This document shows positions 1-8,897 of a stretch of DNA of 24,150 nt, in pieces. Source of the DNA: a virus. Its lineage: Duplodnaviria; Caudoviricetes. The DNA lies in the IMG/VR virus record IMGVR_UViG_3300037631_001245, positions 1 through 24,150 of that record, one strand, 5' to 3'. The notes under the pieces are model-generated. The model was not told the origin of the DNA, did no database searches, and saw only the letters and a list, made by a program, of their open reading frames with translations. The stretch's first letter is position 1. Every line of letters begins with the position of its first letter. The position numbers were made by a program, and so were the translations under genes.

Positions 1-3000
1 CTTTTTCGGATCATTTTGTTTTGATAGAGTGTTGACCATCTGAGTGTATACATCCATTTCATCCTTCAGATCATAGAAGGTTTCCTGAGATCTTCTTCCC
101 TTTCTTGTATCGTCAATGAACTCTCCAATGACTGGAAAGTTATCCATGCCTTCGTAACGAGTTCCTACTGTATTCTTGCCCGTGATTTCCCTGCCTGTAC
201 GATCAAGTGCAAACATTCCATACGTAGCAGCCTGTCCAAGATATTGTCTTAGAAGAAACTCCATCTTCATGGGTGACGAAAGTTGTTTTCCTCCAAGAAA
301 GTCAGGCAACCAAGTGAAAGTTTTTGCAAGCAAGGCAGCTGAATCACTAGTGTAATCATTGCGTTGAAACTGGGGATCTAATTCTTCCATATACGAAGGA
401 ACAATTTTTTCTTTAGTGTAGTCATTTCGATTCCTAGAAGCTTGCCACAGAGGCCTTAATATTTGAGGTGTTACATGAAAGTTAAATTGGTTTTGAAGCT
501 GCTTCATCGCCCCTGGTCTAACGTCATCCTTTAATGTGTAGTCCTCTTCCAGTATGGACCTAAAAATCATCTCTGGGATAGCCTTATAAAATGAACCAGT
601 TGCAAAAGCTATAGGTAGAGCCGCCGATTTATGATTGGGTAGAGGTATTATGTAGTTATTAGCTTTCTTAGTTTCGTCTGCCTCCTCATACGCATCAGTA
701 CCAGTCACAAGCATGAGGTATATCATTGTTGCTACCATCACTTGAAAACCTCTGTCCCAAGTGGCTTGCCTTACACCACGATTGAATTCCTCTGGTGTCC
801 GAGAAACCAAGTGTGCACCAGGTGCATCCGTAGCTCCGAAGTTGCCACGGAGATATGTATCTAGTCCAGTGATACCACCACCCATGAATGGGATCAGTGA
901 TGTCAACATATTGATCGTGGGAGACCTGCCGTGCCTTCCGAAATTCATAACCTCGAGTCCATCCAACATGGCCTGTGCGACATTTCCTCCGGTTCTTGCA
1001 AGGCTTATGTCAGCCGCCTGCTTTCGTGCAGTCGATTCGCTGAGTTGCTGTGCATGTTCATAGTATATTTTAATAAGTGCATACCTATCTGCCGCTGTCA
1101 TGTTGTCGAAATTAAATTTACCTGTTGCCTTTTTTTCTTCCATCAACTCTGCATAGCGTTTTCGCTGTCGGGCCTGATCTACTGAGACCTGTGCTCTAGA
1201 GAATTTTTCAGATTTAATCCCTAATCTTTCCCCTAATGTCCGTGCTATTGCAGCTCCTGTTTCACCAGCAGTTCCAGACCCTCCCTCTGCGAGATCACTG
1301 ACAAGGCGGTACGCACCACCACCACCTGTTACTAGACCAAGTTTTCTACTTTCCAGTAACGCATCTGGTTTATTTGCCGTTTTGATACCCTTTATCAGGG
1401 GACCGAGAGGTGTCCATGATCCTGTAGAGCCACCAAATAATTGGTCAAACTGACCTTGGTCTCTAACAAAGTTGTCAATTATGAACGCTGGAAAGTCTAC
1501 GATCATATGACGTTGTAGTCTGCCAGCAAACCGTGCAGCTTTGAAAAAGAGGTGAGGAGCATGAAATCCTGAGATCATAACAGATTCAGCCATCAGTGGG
1601 TCTGCCATAAGATGATACTGCTCCTGCCCTTTAACCTGTACCCTGAGTACAGTGGGGCCAGCATGCTTCTTATCTGTACCCAAGAATAGGCTATGCTTGC
1701 CCTGGCCAAGTTTCGCGAGTGCTTGGGCATCATTAAGAGTTCTTCGTGCAGCTACATTTGTCAGGCCATCACGGATCATCGCCAGTTGGCTATACTGAAT
1801 ATTTGTTACAATGTCGATTGACTGTAACTCTTGAAAAGTGTCCAGAGCATTGTCAAATACAGATCCTGATTGCTGTTTAAGTTGTGTAAATTCTAACCCG
1901 ACGGTTCGCATTAACCCGTTACTCCCCATTGGATGAGATGCCATCATGCCTATATCCTTAAACAATGGTGCATAGGCTTGACCCTTCAAAAACTCTGCCA
2001 TCTCCGGTGTTATCTGCTCAGTCGCAAGCAAGAGGGGTAAGTTGTAGTTTTCATTAACATTCTGATATGCCTTGGAGAAGGCCATGATATTCTTGCCACC
2101 CTCAAACATTTCGTTAGCACCCATTGATTCTATCTCACGCACTAACTCTTGAGCATCCGCTACCTGTTGTTCTGGCGACAGGTCTTTTGCTGGAATACTT
2201 TCCAGAGAGCCATCTGCATTTATTTTGTAGTCGGTTTTCCATTCACGACGTTTAGAGTTCTTCTTAAAGAAAGCTATATTGTCCTGCTGGCTTGAGTCCC
2301 ATGCAAGTTGCAATTCTTGTAGCATTAAGTCTGTCGTCTCACTCGGTAGCTGACCGCTTTTGACTGCCTTTGTGATCCGTCTTTGTAGCTGTTCTATGCT
2401 CAGTATTTCGTCCTTCTTACGCTTGCCTAATGCTCCTTCTACTACAGTCTGTAGTCTTTGCCGAACCTGCTCTTGCTTTTGTGTAGCCTGCTCTAATAAT
2501 GACTCTGCCTGTATGACATTGTTTTCGTAGGCCAAGAAGCGTAGAGCACCTAGATATAGACTTGCATACTCCCTGTCCTGTTTATTCGGCAGCATAGCGA
2601 TGGCTTCATCTATCGTAACTTCATCTCCCTCAAATGTTTTAAATTCAGGATAACCATTTTCTATGGTCCCTACCCACACAGTTCCACCCAAAGCGTTGCC
2701 ACTCATTGAGAGGTTCATCGCATTATTACGGAAATGCAAGGCTGCAATTGGTGCAGTATCTGCCAAGCGGGCGAGTTCCATGCTCAACCGCTCCTTTATA
2801 CGTCCTTGATCTTGTATCGGGATTCCAGAGAATGCATGCATATCTCTTAAATGTTTCCATAAAGCCTTTGTATGAACCATGTTCCAACTAGCAATACCAG
2901 TTTTTCTCTCTGACTTAATGAAAGGTAGTGGCTCTTTCCATATATCACGTTGTCTTGTTATCGCAGCCCTCACTTCTTCCAAGCTAGAGTCATGGGTTAT

Positions 3001-6000
3001 TCCAGGAAGCCCATCCATATCTATTACGTTGTCGATAACAACTTCACTGGTTAGACGATTATCTGCACTAATTTCTGGATGCCCATACTTTTTAAGTAGC
3101 TCAGACATTTTTTTCGTTGGTTCAAAGCTTATCCTTCTCCGATACTTCTCTTTCAGAGCTTGGGGCATTACGTAAGGCTTTTCACCACGCTTAAGTCTGT
3201 AGTATGATTCTTTAGCAGTCTCAGATGCATTTATTCCTACAGGAGGAATTTCACCCGGATTGGTATCTTCAAGCTCTTTTTGGTACATCGCTTCGTCGAA
3301 AATCTCTTGATCCCAAGTTCTGGGTGGTGCATCAGCCAAACGAATATCAGCTTCCTTTTCATTGCTGATGAGGTCTAATATCTTTTCCTCCGACTCTGTG
3401 TCTCCAGTCTCTAACGCTCTCTTGAGTGCTGATAAATGTCGTGGGTCTACTCCTTGAAGGATAGTAAGATTCCTGATCTGAGCATTTGGATCGAGAGAAC
3501 TCAGACCTGGGCCTCTTAGTCCTAGTGCTCCTGTCTCTATTGCGCTGAAAATACGAAGCACATCCACCAGTGGATTGTCTTGAGTGGCCTCAATACTATT
3601 GTTTAGATATCCCAGAATGCCTTTCTTCAAGTGAGCAACCTTTCCAGCGGACTTAGTCTTATCTACTCGACCTTTGGATAAGTCCTCCATAAACAACGCT
3701 CTGGCATCACCTGCTGTCGCATCCGGAACAACCAATTTAGAGAAGTCTTCATAAGTAACTTCTTGATATTCTGGACCCGCATCAAACTCCTGCCACATTC
3801 CCTCAGACACAAATCTATTTTGTGCCTGTGCATCCATACTTTCTATTTCATCTTGGAAGTAATAACCATATTCCTCAAAAGCTTTCCATATCTTGGTATC
3901 GAATTGCTGAACGATCTGATCCACACTCATGTTACTAGGATCTATAGCTGATAGATTCAATAAAATCTTAGCATTGGGTCCATCGAATTCAACTAGCAAG
4001 TCCTGCATATTTTCAGGATTTTGGACGACACCGTTTTCTCCAAGTACTACATCCCACATACCGTCTAGATCAGCAGATAATTGATGCCCTATACCTGATT
4101 GACTCAAACCTCTTTTCTTCATATGAGCTTCGAGCTTTTGTTTCAGATCAGAGATAAAACTTTGCAACTTGGTTGAAGTATCATTCCTTTGAGCTTCTGC
4201 TGCCTCTTCCAGGCGTAAGCGTTCCGCCCTTTGCTTGATATCTTCTTCACGGGCTATATCCGCTGGTCCCCTAGCATGTGAGCGATTGTTTTCGACAAGC
4301 TTATATCTACCTTTATTATTTTCTATATATTTGCCTTCTTGCAGATGCCTCAATAGCTGATTTAATTGGTCGGAAGAGAAATTCTCATTAACGAGATCTC
4401 TAGCAAGTTGATACCTTTTAAGAGATGAACCCTCGATTGTGCCGATATCTCTGATGGCAGCTAAACGACCTATAACATTACTCATGTGTTGAGGGGTATA
4501 CATTCGTGGAGATAGATCTGGTAGCAAGGTTTCTGTGCTAAATGTAGGCATGTTGAAAATATGGCCATAGAGGGCTTTTCTCTGTGCCCTGTTCAAACCA
4601 GTTATGTTACCATCCTCACGCCCTGTCACAGCACTCACAAGTGCCTTGAAAGTCGGACTGGCCTTTCCTCCTGCCCCAACAACACTTCTCTTGGGTAGGA
4701 GAATATTTTTTAGGGCCAGAAGTTCGTCTATAGCATTGCTAAATGTAGTTTTATCATTGTCATTCCAAACTGTCTTGAGAGTATCTTGTTGCACTTTAGC
4801 GAGAATCTTTTCATCTGATTCATCACGTATATGTAGCTCTAAGTTTCCGTCCCTTGCTTTCCATTGGACTCTTCTATCTTGATGCAGGATGTGTGCTCTC
4901 TCATAGAGGTCTACACCACCTTGGAACCCATAGACAGCATCATAAGCGGCCAACCGATCAAAGTTTTCAATGTTTTGATTGGCTTGCTCTATGATTTCAT
5001 TTACTTCTGATGGAGCAAGGTTTTCCCTGGGTGCCGTTATAATCCCTTCTTCTGTTGTTTCGCCAACTAGCTTTACTGCCAGTTCGGGAGATAGGTATGA
5101 TGCCAACATCTCTCTGGCTCTCTGCCATTGTTCTTCTGCTGTGCCTTCACCAAACAGACTTTCACTGCTTTCTGCATCCTGTACAAGATCTGTATGACCA
5201 CCGAATACTAGAGCGGCTATAGCTCCTGCGTCATATTGATTGTGTGCAGACGAGTTGCGTATAACAAACTCTCTGAGTTCTTCACGCTTATCATTACCTG
5301 CTCTGCTTAACCGGTCTGATGTCCAAATCTCTTCAAACATCTCAGGAGTTATCTCACCATCTTCGAGTCGCTGTATGATCTCTTCAAGAGGCATGCCACC
5401 AATATCATCTAACTCTGGGAAGGTAACGCCTACTTCAGTTTTTGTTTCTTCTTCTCTTTCTTGTGATTCTTCATAGAGTTTTTGGTCTCTTGCCAGGTCT
5501 CTTTCTACCCTTAGTATAGCTTCTTGCTCTAACTCCTGTGGTGACAGGACTGTATACTCGGAATCTTCCTGTGCGTTGACCTGTTGCTCTATAGCAATCT
5601 GATCTAAGTGATACTCTTTTCTTTTCTGGGCCTGTTCGATACGTTCTTCTTCCGTAAGGTTTGGATTGGCCAGTCCAAATCCTGCCGTAGCCTTAGTATG
5701 TCTGGTTTCTGGTATGCCAGGTGTAGTATCCTCTGTGCGACCACCTTTCCGTAGCTCATCTCTTTTTATTCTTTGAGCAGCTGCATTGTTCAGATTAAAT
5801 GCATCCCCACCGACTCTTCTTGTATAACCATTCAATAGGAGTGCCATTACACCACCAGCACCACCACCTACTGTGGCTGCCTCCCAAAGCTGTGCTCCTA
5901 GATTCTCATATGCTTCATCATCGTATAATGCCTGTGCTACAGCTGCAGCTCCTATTGTTTGAACACTTTCCTGGGCTGACTCTTCTAAGGCTCCCGCAGC

Positions 6001-6852
6001 AAATGATTTCCACGCAGGAACACCCTTCGGACCCATTTTTGCACCAGCCATTAGGCCACTTTTCAGAGCAGATTTTCCGAATGCTCCTGGTGCTAGACTT
6101 CCAAGTGAACCAACACCGATAGCTTCTGTCAGGGCTAGTGGTATAGTCATGCCATAGCCAAGCAATTCTTTTGCGGCAGACACATCTTCACCTGTTCGCT
6201 CTTCGTAGTCTGCTACCTGGGAAGCATGTTGTCCCCATTGTATAGGTACACTGAACGGAGCAATCATTGCTGCCTGATCAAGGGTTCCCTTTACAAAGCG
6301 TCCGGTTCCTGCGGCTGTTGAACCTGATGCACCCATTCTTGAGGCAAGGTCGGAAGCGGCTCTACCAGCTTGAGGTGATAAGCCTTTCACTACTTGTGGT
6401 ACATATTTACCCATCTGTAGTGGTCTAAGCGCACCAATACCAGACCAGTAAGCTGCCCCTGATCCTAAGCCCTGCCCAAGCTTGGCTATATAAGAATCAG
6501 CATACTTATCGTTGCGTCCTAATTTCTGGATGTAATCTTGTGTTTTTCTGATCTCACGCTCGAAATAAGTATCTTTGTGTGGTGTCAGTATGCCAGCTAT
6601 TCCACCCAGGCCTGAAAGCATGGTGCCAGCATAACCTTTCGGGATACCCTTTAAACCTTCGAGGACTTCTCCAAAGATGTTACCATCTTCGTTCTGGGAA
6701 GGGGATGTATAGGAGTTATAGTAAGTACCAATCGTTGTAGGGTACTCTTGAGCAAGTTCACGAAATAAACCATCCAACTGACTACGAGTAGCATTTGCTG
6801 GAATATTTACTCGCCTGCCGTCAGGAAGGGTATACCACTGAGATTCAGCCAT
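1..6852 (-). CDS. Giant internal virion/ejection (large polyvalent-type) protein, at least 2284 aa, 3'-truncated by the window edge; LPD38-like C-terminal region
   Basis: ATG at 6852, 2 nt after the upstream TAA. Hand translation begins MAESQWYTLPDGRRVNIPANAT. The frame was open in every segment I translated down to position 1 (...EMDVYTQMVNTLSKQNDPKK), and the track lists no stop-terminated ORF from this start. The N-terminal region is Gly/Ala-rich and hydrophobic. The C-terminal motifs SESTARK..RTGGNVAQAMLDGLEVMNFGRHG..LIPFMGG and YEEADETKKANNYIIPLP..LPIAFATGSFYKAIPE resemble LPD38-bearing phage proteins. Confidence 0.85.
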   Translation of the reverse strand, partial: MAESQWYTLPDGRRVNIPANATRSQLDGLFRELAQEYPTTIGTYYNSYTSPSQNEDGNIFGEVLEGLKGIPKGYAGTMLSGLGGIAGILTPHKDTYFEREIRKTQDYIQKLGRNDKYADSYIAKLGQGLGSGAAYWSGIGALRPLQMGKYVPQVVKGLSPQAGRAASDLASRMGASGSTAAGTGRFVKGTLDQAAMIAPFSVPIQWGQHASQVADYEERTGEDVSAAKELLGYGMTIPLALTEAIGVGSLGSLAPGAFGKSALKSGLMAGAKMGPKGVPAWKSFAAGALEESAQESVQTIGAAAVAQALYDDEAYENLGAQLWEAATVGGGAGGVMALLLNGYTRRVGGDAFNLNNAAAQRIKRDELRKGGRTEDTTPGIPETRHTKATAGFGLANPNLTEEERIEQAQKRKEYHLDQIAIEQQVNAQEDSEYTVLSPQELEQEAILRVERDLARDQKLYEESQEREEETKTEVGVTFPELDDIGGMPLEEIIQRLEDGEITPEMFEEIWTSDRLSRAGNDKREELREFVIRNSSAHNQYDAGAIAALVFGGHTDLVQDAESSESLFGEGTAEEQWQRAREMLASYLSPELAVKLVGETTEEGIITAPRENLAPSEVNEIIEQANQNIENFDRLAAYDAVYGFQGGVDLYERAHILHQDRRVQWKARDGNLELHIRDESDEKILAKVQQDTLKTVWNDNDKTTFSNAIDELLALKNILLPKRSVVGAGGKASPTFKALVSAVTGREDGNITGLNRAQRKALYGHIFNMPTFSTETLLPDLSPRMYTPQHMSNVIGRLAAIRDIGTIEGSSLKRYQLARDLVNENFSSDQLNQLLRHLQEGKYIENNKGRYKLVENNRSHARGPADIAREEDIKQRAERLRLEEAAEAQRNDTSTKLQSFISDLKQKLEAHMKKRGLSQSGIGHQLSADLDGMWDVVLGENGVVQNPENMQDLLVEFDGPNAKILLNLSAIDPSNMSVDQIVQQFDTKIWKAFEEYGYYFQDEIESMDAQAQNRFVSEGMWQEFDAGPEYQEVTYEDFSKLVVPDATAGDARALFMEDLSKGRVDKTKSAGKVAHLKKGILGYLNNSIEATQDNPLVDVLRIFSAIETGALGLRGPGLSSLDPNAQIRNLTILQGVDPRHLSALKRALETGDTESEEKILDLISNEKEADIRLADAPPRTWDQEIFDEAMYQKELEDTNPGEIPPVGINASETAKESYYRLKRGEKPYVMPQALKEKYRRRISFEPTKKMSELLKKYGHPEISADNRLTSEVVIDNVIDMDGLPGITHDSSLEEVRAAITRQRDIWKEPLPFIKSERKTGIASWNMVHTKALWKHLRDMHAFSGIPIQDQGRIKERLSMELARLADTAPIAALHFRNNAMNLSMSGNALGGTVWVGTIENGYPEFKTFEGDEVTIDEAIAMLPNKQDREYASLYLGALRFLAYENNVIQAESLLEQATQKQEQVRQRLQTVVEGALGKRKKDEILSIEQLQRRITKAVKSGQLPSETTDLMLQELQLAWDSSQQDNIAFFKKNSKRREWKTDYKINADGSLESIPAKDLSPEQQVADAQELVREIESMGANEMFEGGKNIMAFSKAYQNVNENYNLPLLLATEQITPEMAEFLKGQAYAPLFKDIGMMASHPMGSNGLMRTVGLEFTQLKQQSGSVFDNALDTFQELQSIDIVTNIQYSQLAMIRDGLTNVAARRTLNDAQALAKLGQGKHSLFLGTDKKHAGPTVLRVQVKGQEQYHLMADPLMAESVMISGFHAPHLFFKAARFAGRLQRHMIVDFPAFIIDNFVRDQGQFDQLFGGSTGSWTPLGPLIKGIKTANKPDALLESRKLGLVTGGGGAYRLVSDLAEGGSGTAGETGAAIARTLGERLGIKSEKFSRAQVSVDQARQRKRYAELMEEKKATGKFNFDNMTAADRYALIKIYYEHAQQLSESTARKQAADISLARTGGNVAQAMLDGLEVMNFGRHGRSPTINMLTSLIPFMGGGITGLDTYLRGNFGATDAPGAHLVSRTPEEFNRGVRQATWDRGFQVMVATMIYLMLVTGTDAYEEADETKKANNYIIPLPNHKSAALPIAFATGSFYKAIPEMIFRSILEEDYTLKDDVRPGAMKQLQNQFNFHVTPQILRPLWQASRNRNDYTKEKIVPSYMEELDPQFQRNDYTSDSAALLAKTFTWLPDFLGGKQLSSPMKMEFLLRQYLGQAATYGMFALDRTGREITGKNTVGTRYEGMDNFPVIGEFIDDTRKGRRSQETFYDLKDEMDVYTQMVNTLSKQNDPKK

Positions 6853-6854
6853 TT

Positions 6855-8897
6855 TTAACCGAAGAACTTGTCAGGATCACCTAGTCCACGTATCCCGCCA
6901 AAGGCGGCTCCTGCTCCAGTGACTAGTGGTCTGGCTGCACCGATAGCTTTGAATGGCCCAAGGGGAATCCTACTAACAAGGTTGGCACCACCACCGAAAA
7001 TTCCTGCTTGCCCCAACGAACCAGGCCACAGAGATTCTTCATCCCCGAGCAAACCTTCAGTCTTCAATGCTTGCATCAAGGCTGGATCTGCTACTCCACC
7101 CGTTCCTATCATTGTACGTAGTAGCTTATCTCTAACCTGTTGAACCAAGACTGGATCGTAGTTTTCACTACCAGTTGCTAACATTGTATCTTGAGTTTCT
7201 AGCCAATCAGCAACCTTACCCACCATCTCTGCACTATATACATCCGTTTCTTTTTCAGCTTGTTCATATGCAATATCTTTTTCAAGCGTAGAAAGAATTG
7301 CTTGATTGTAAGCTTCTCCAGCACGAAGTCTTTGAGCCAACTCACCTTCTAGCCCAGCCTGTATACCAGCTTGTGCGTCTTCCATGCCAGCTACTTGTTC
7401 GAGGAACAATTCTTGCTCTGTCTTGCGCTCTTTATCGAAGGCTCTAAGGGAATCGCCAATTGTGCTGAACCTACTATCTCCACCAGTAGATCTTCCTGCA
7501 AAGACATCACTAACCGACTTCCATAAATCAGCTTCTCTACTTAAACCAGCTTGTTCATCGGTAGGTTGTAATCCTTCTAACTCTGCTATGCGTTTGTCAT
7601 ATCTCTTGGCTTGATCTCGCAGAATCTTTTCACGGGCTAATTCATTCGCATTTGGTGTTGTGGCATCTATTTGGAATTGTTCTATTTGGTCACGGACACT
7701 CTGATAGGCCGCCCCTGGTTTGGGGGCATCCTGAATGTCCAGTGCTAATGCCTCTTCCAACATACCAGTGCCCCCTGGCTCATCGTCCGCACTGTCCCTA
7801 CCTTGGCCATAGCCAAGCGCTGCGAGTGTTGTACCACCGAATCCCATCCTGGCAAGCATCTGTGATGCGAACTTATGTGCAGGGATAGATTGTGCCCCTG
7901 CGGCTGGCGTCACTTTACCAGTTAGGGCACGACTGACAAACCCTGGAATACCACCTTTAACAGATCCTTGAACTAGTGGTCTTCCTATAAATTCACCTAC
8001 AGAGCCTCCCATAAATTGTGGAAGCCTGAGTGAGGATATGCCACCTCCTAAAGCTCGGAATGGATGCCTTATAGCAGCACCTACACCAGGCTTGCCTACA
8101 GCTGCGGCTATACGGCTTGACACACTAGGTATCTGATAACCGGTCTTTCTGCCTATCAGAGGTGCCAATTTTGGTGCTATTTTTTTTGCCCCGTACCCAG
8201 CTAAACCTCTTAAACCCTGTCTCCCAATATACCCTGCTGCTGCTGGGAGGCTTCCAAAGCCACCACTAGCTGCAGTTGCTGCCGCTCCTGCTCCCAGCAA
8301 TGCGTAGTCAAGCTTACTTTTTGGTCTCAACCAATCAGTGCCGTACACCCACTGTTCATTAAAAGGGCCAAATGGATCATCCCCAACTGCTGGATCGTCC
8401 AGAAAGTCTTCTTCATACTGATCCCCGTAAGAGCCACCCTCTTGATAGCGTGGGATAAGGCCACCACCAGCCATAGGCATTCCAGCGGCCATTGCTCCAC
8501 CTTGTGGCATACGAGGTATTCCAGGCATAGGTCCACCTGCTCCACCAGGAACTTGAGGAACACCAGGTGATGGCATAGGTTGACCCGGACCTTGTCCAGG
8601 CATACCAGGCATACCAGGCATCTGTCCACCAGGTTGTCCACCAGGTTGTCCAGCATTTTGTCCAGCACCTTGTGCTAAATAATCTGCAAGCTTTGTTGCT
8701 ATATCTTGACCTGGCTCAGGTATACCAGCGGCCTTTTCTAAGGCTTCAATGGCCGTATCATTCTGTTGCATCCTTTTAGCTCTATCTGCAAAAAGATATT
8801 GCGCAATGATAGGATGCCCCTTTCGTAGACCATCTTCTACTTCCTTACGAGATAGAGACTCTACGTAGGCCTTTTGTTGTGATATGGAAGCACTCAT
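6855..8897 (-). CDS. Putative internal virion/DNA ejection protein (680 aa)
   Basis: Long ORF with an ATGA overlap to the upstream gene. Helical N-terminus, GQPG/MPG low-complexity linker, MAGGGLIPRYQEGG tag, Gly/Ala hydrophobic segments and a coiled-coil-like C-terminal half. Lies between other ejection-type genes. Confidence 0.65.
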   Translation of the reverse strand: MSASISQQKAYVESLSRKEVEDGLRKGHPIIAQYLFADRAKRMQQNDTAIEALEKAAGIPEPGQDIATKLADYLAQGAGQNAGQPGGQPGGQMPGMPGMPGQGPGQPMPSPGVPQVPGGAGGPMPGIPRMPQGGAMAAGMPMAGGGLIPRYQEGGSYGDQYEEDFLDDPAVGDDPFGPFNEQWVYGTDWLRPKSKLDYALLGAGAAATAASGGFGSLPAAAGYIGRQGLRGLAGYGAKKIAPKLAPLIGRKTGYQIPSVSSRIAAAVGKPGVGAAIRHPFRALGGGISSLRLPQFMGGSVGEFIGRPLVQGSVKGGIPGFVSRALTGKVTPAAGAQSIPAHKFASQMLARMGFGGTTLAALGYGQGRDSADDEPGGTGMLEEALALDIQDAPKPGAAYQSVRDQIEQFQIDATTPNANELAREKILRDQAKRYDKRIAELEGLQPTDEQAGLSREADLWKSVSDVFAGRSTGGDSRFSTIGDSLRAFDKERKTEQELFLEQVAGMEDAQAGIQAGLEGELAQRLRAGEAYNQAILSTLEKDIAYEQAEKETDVYSAEMVGKVADWLETQDTMLATGSENYDPVLVQQVRDKLLRTMIGTGGVADPALMQALKTEGLLGDEESLWPGSLGQAGIFGGGANLVSRIPLGPFKAIGAARPLVTGAGAAFGGIRGLGDPDKFFG

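Noticed and set aside
1-6852. Apparent gene-poor region suggesting stop-codon recoding or non-coding DNA
   Set aside because: Explained by one open frame lacking a stop inside the window. TAA, TAG and TGA all end genes at tight junctions, so the standard code fits.
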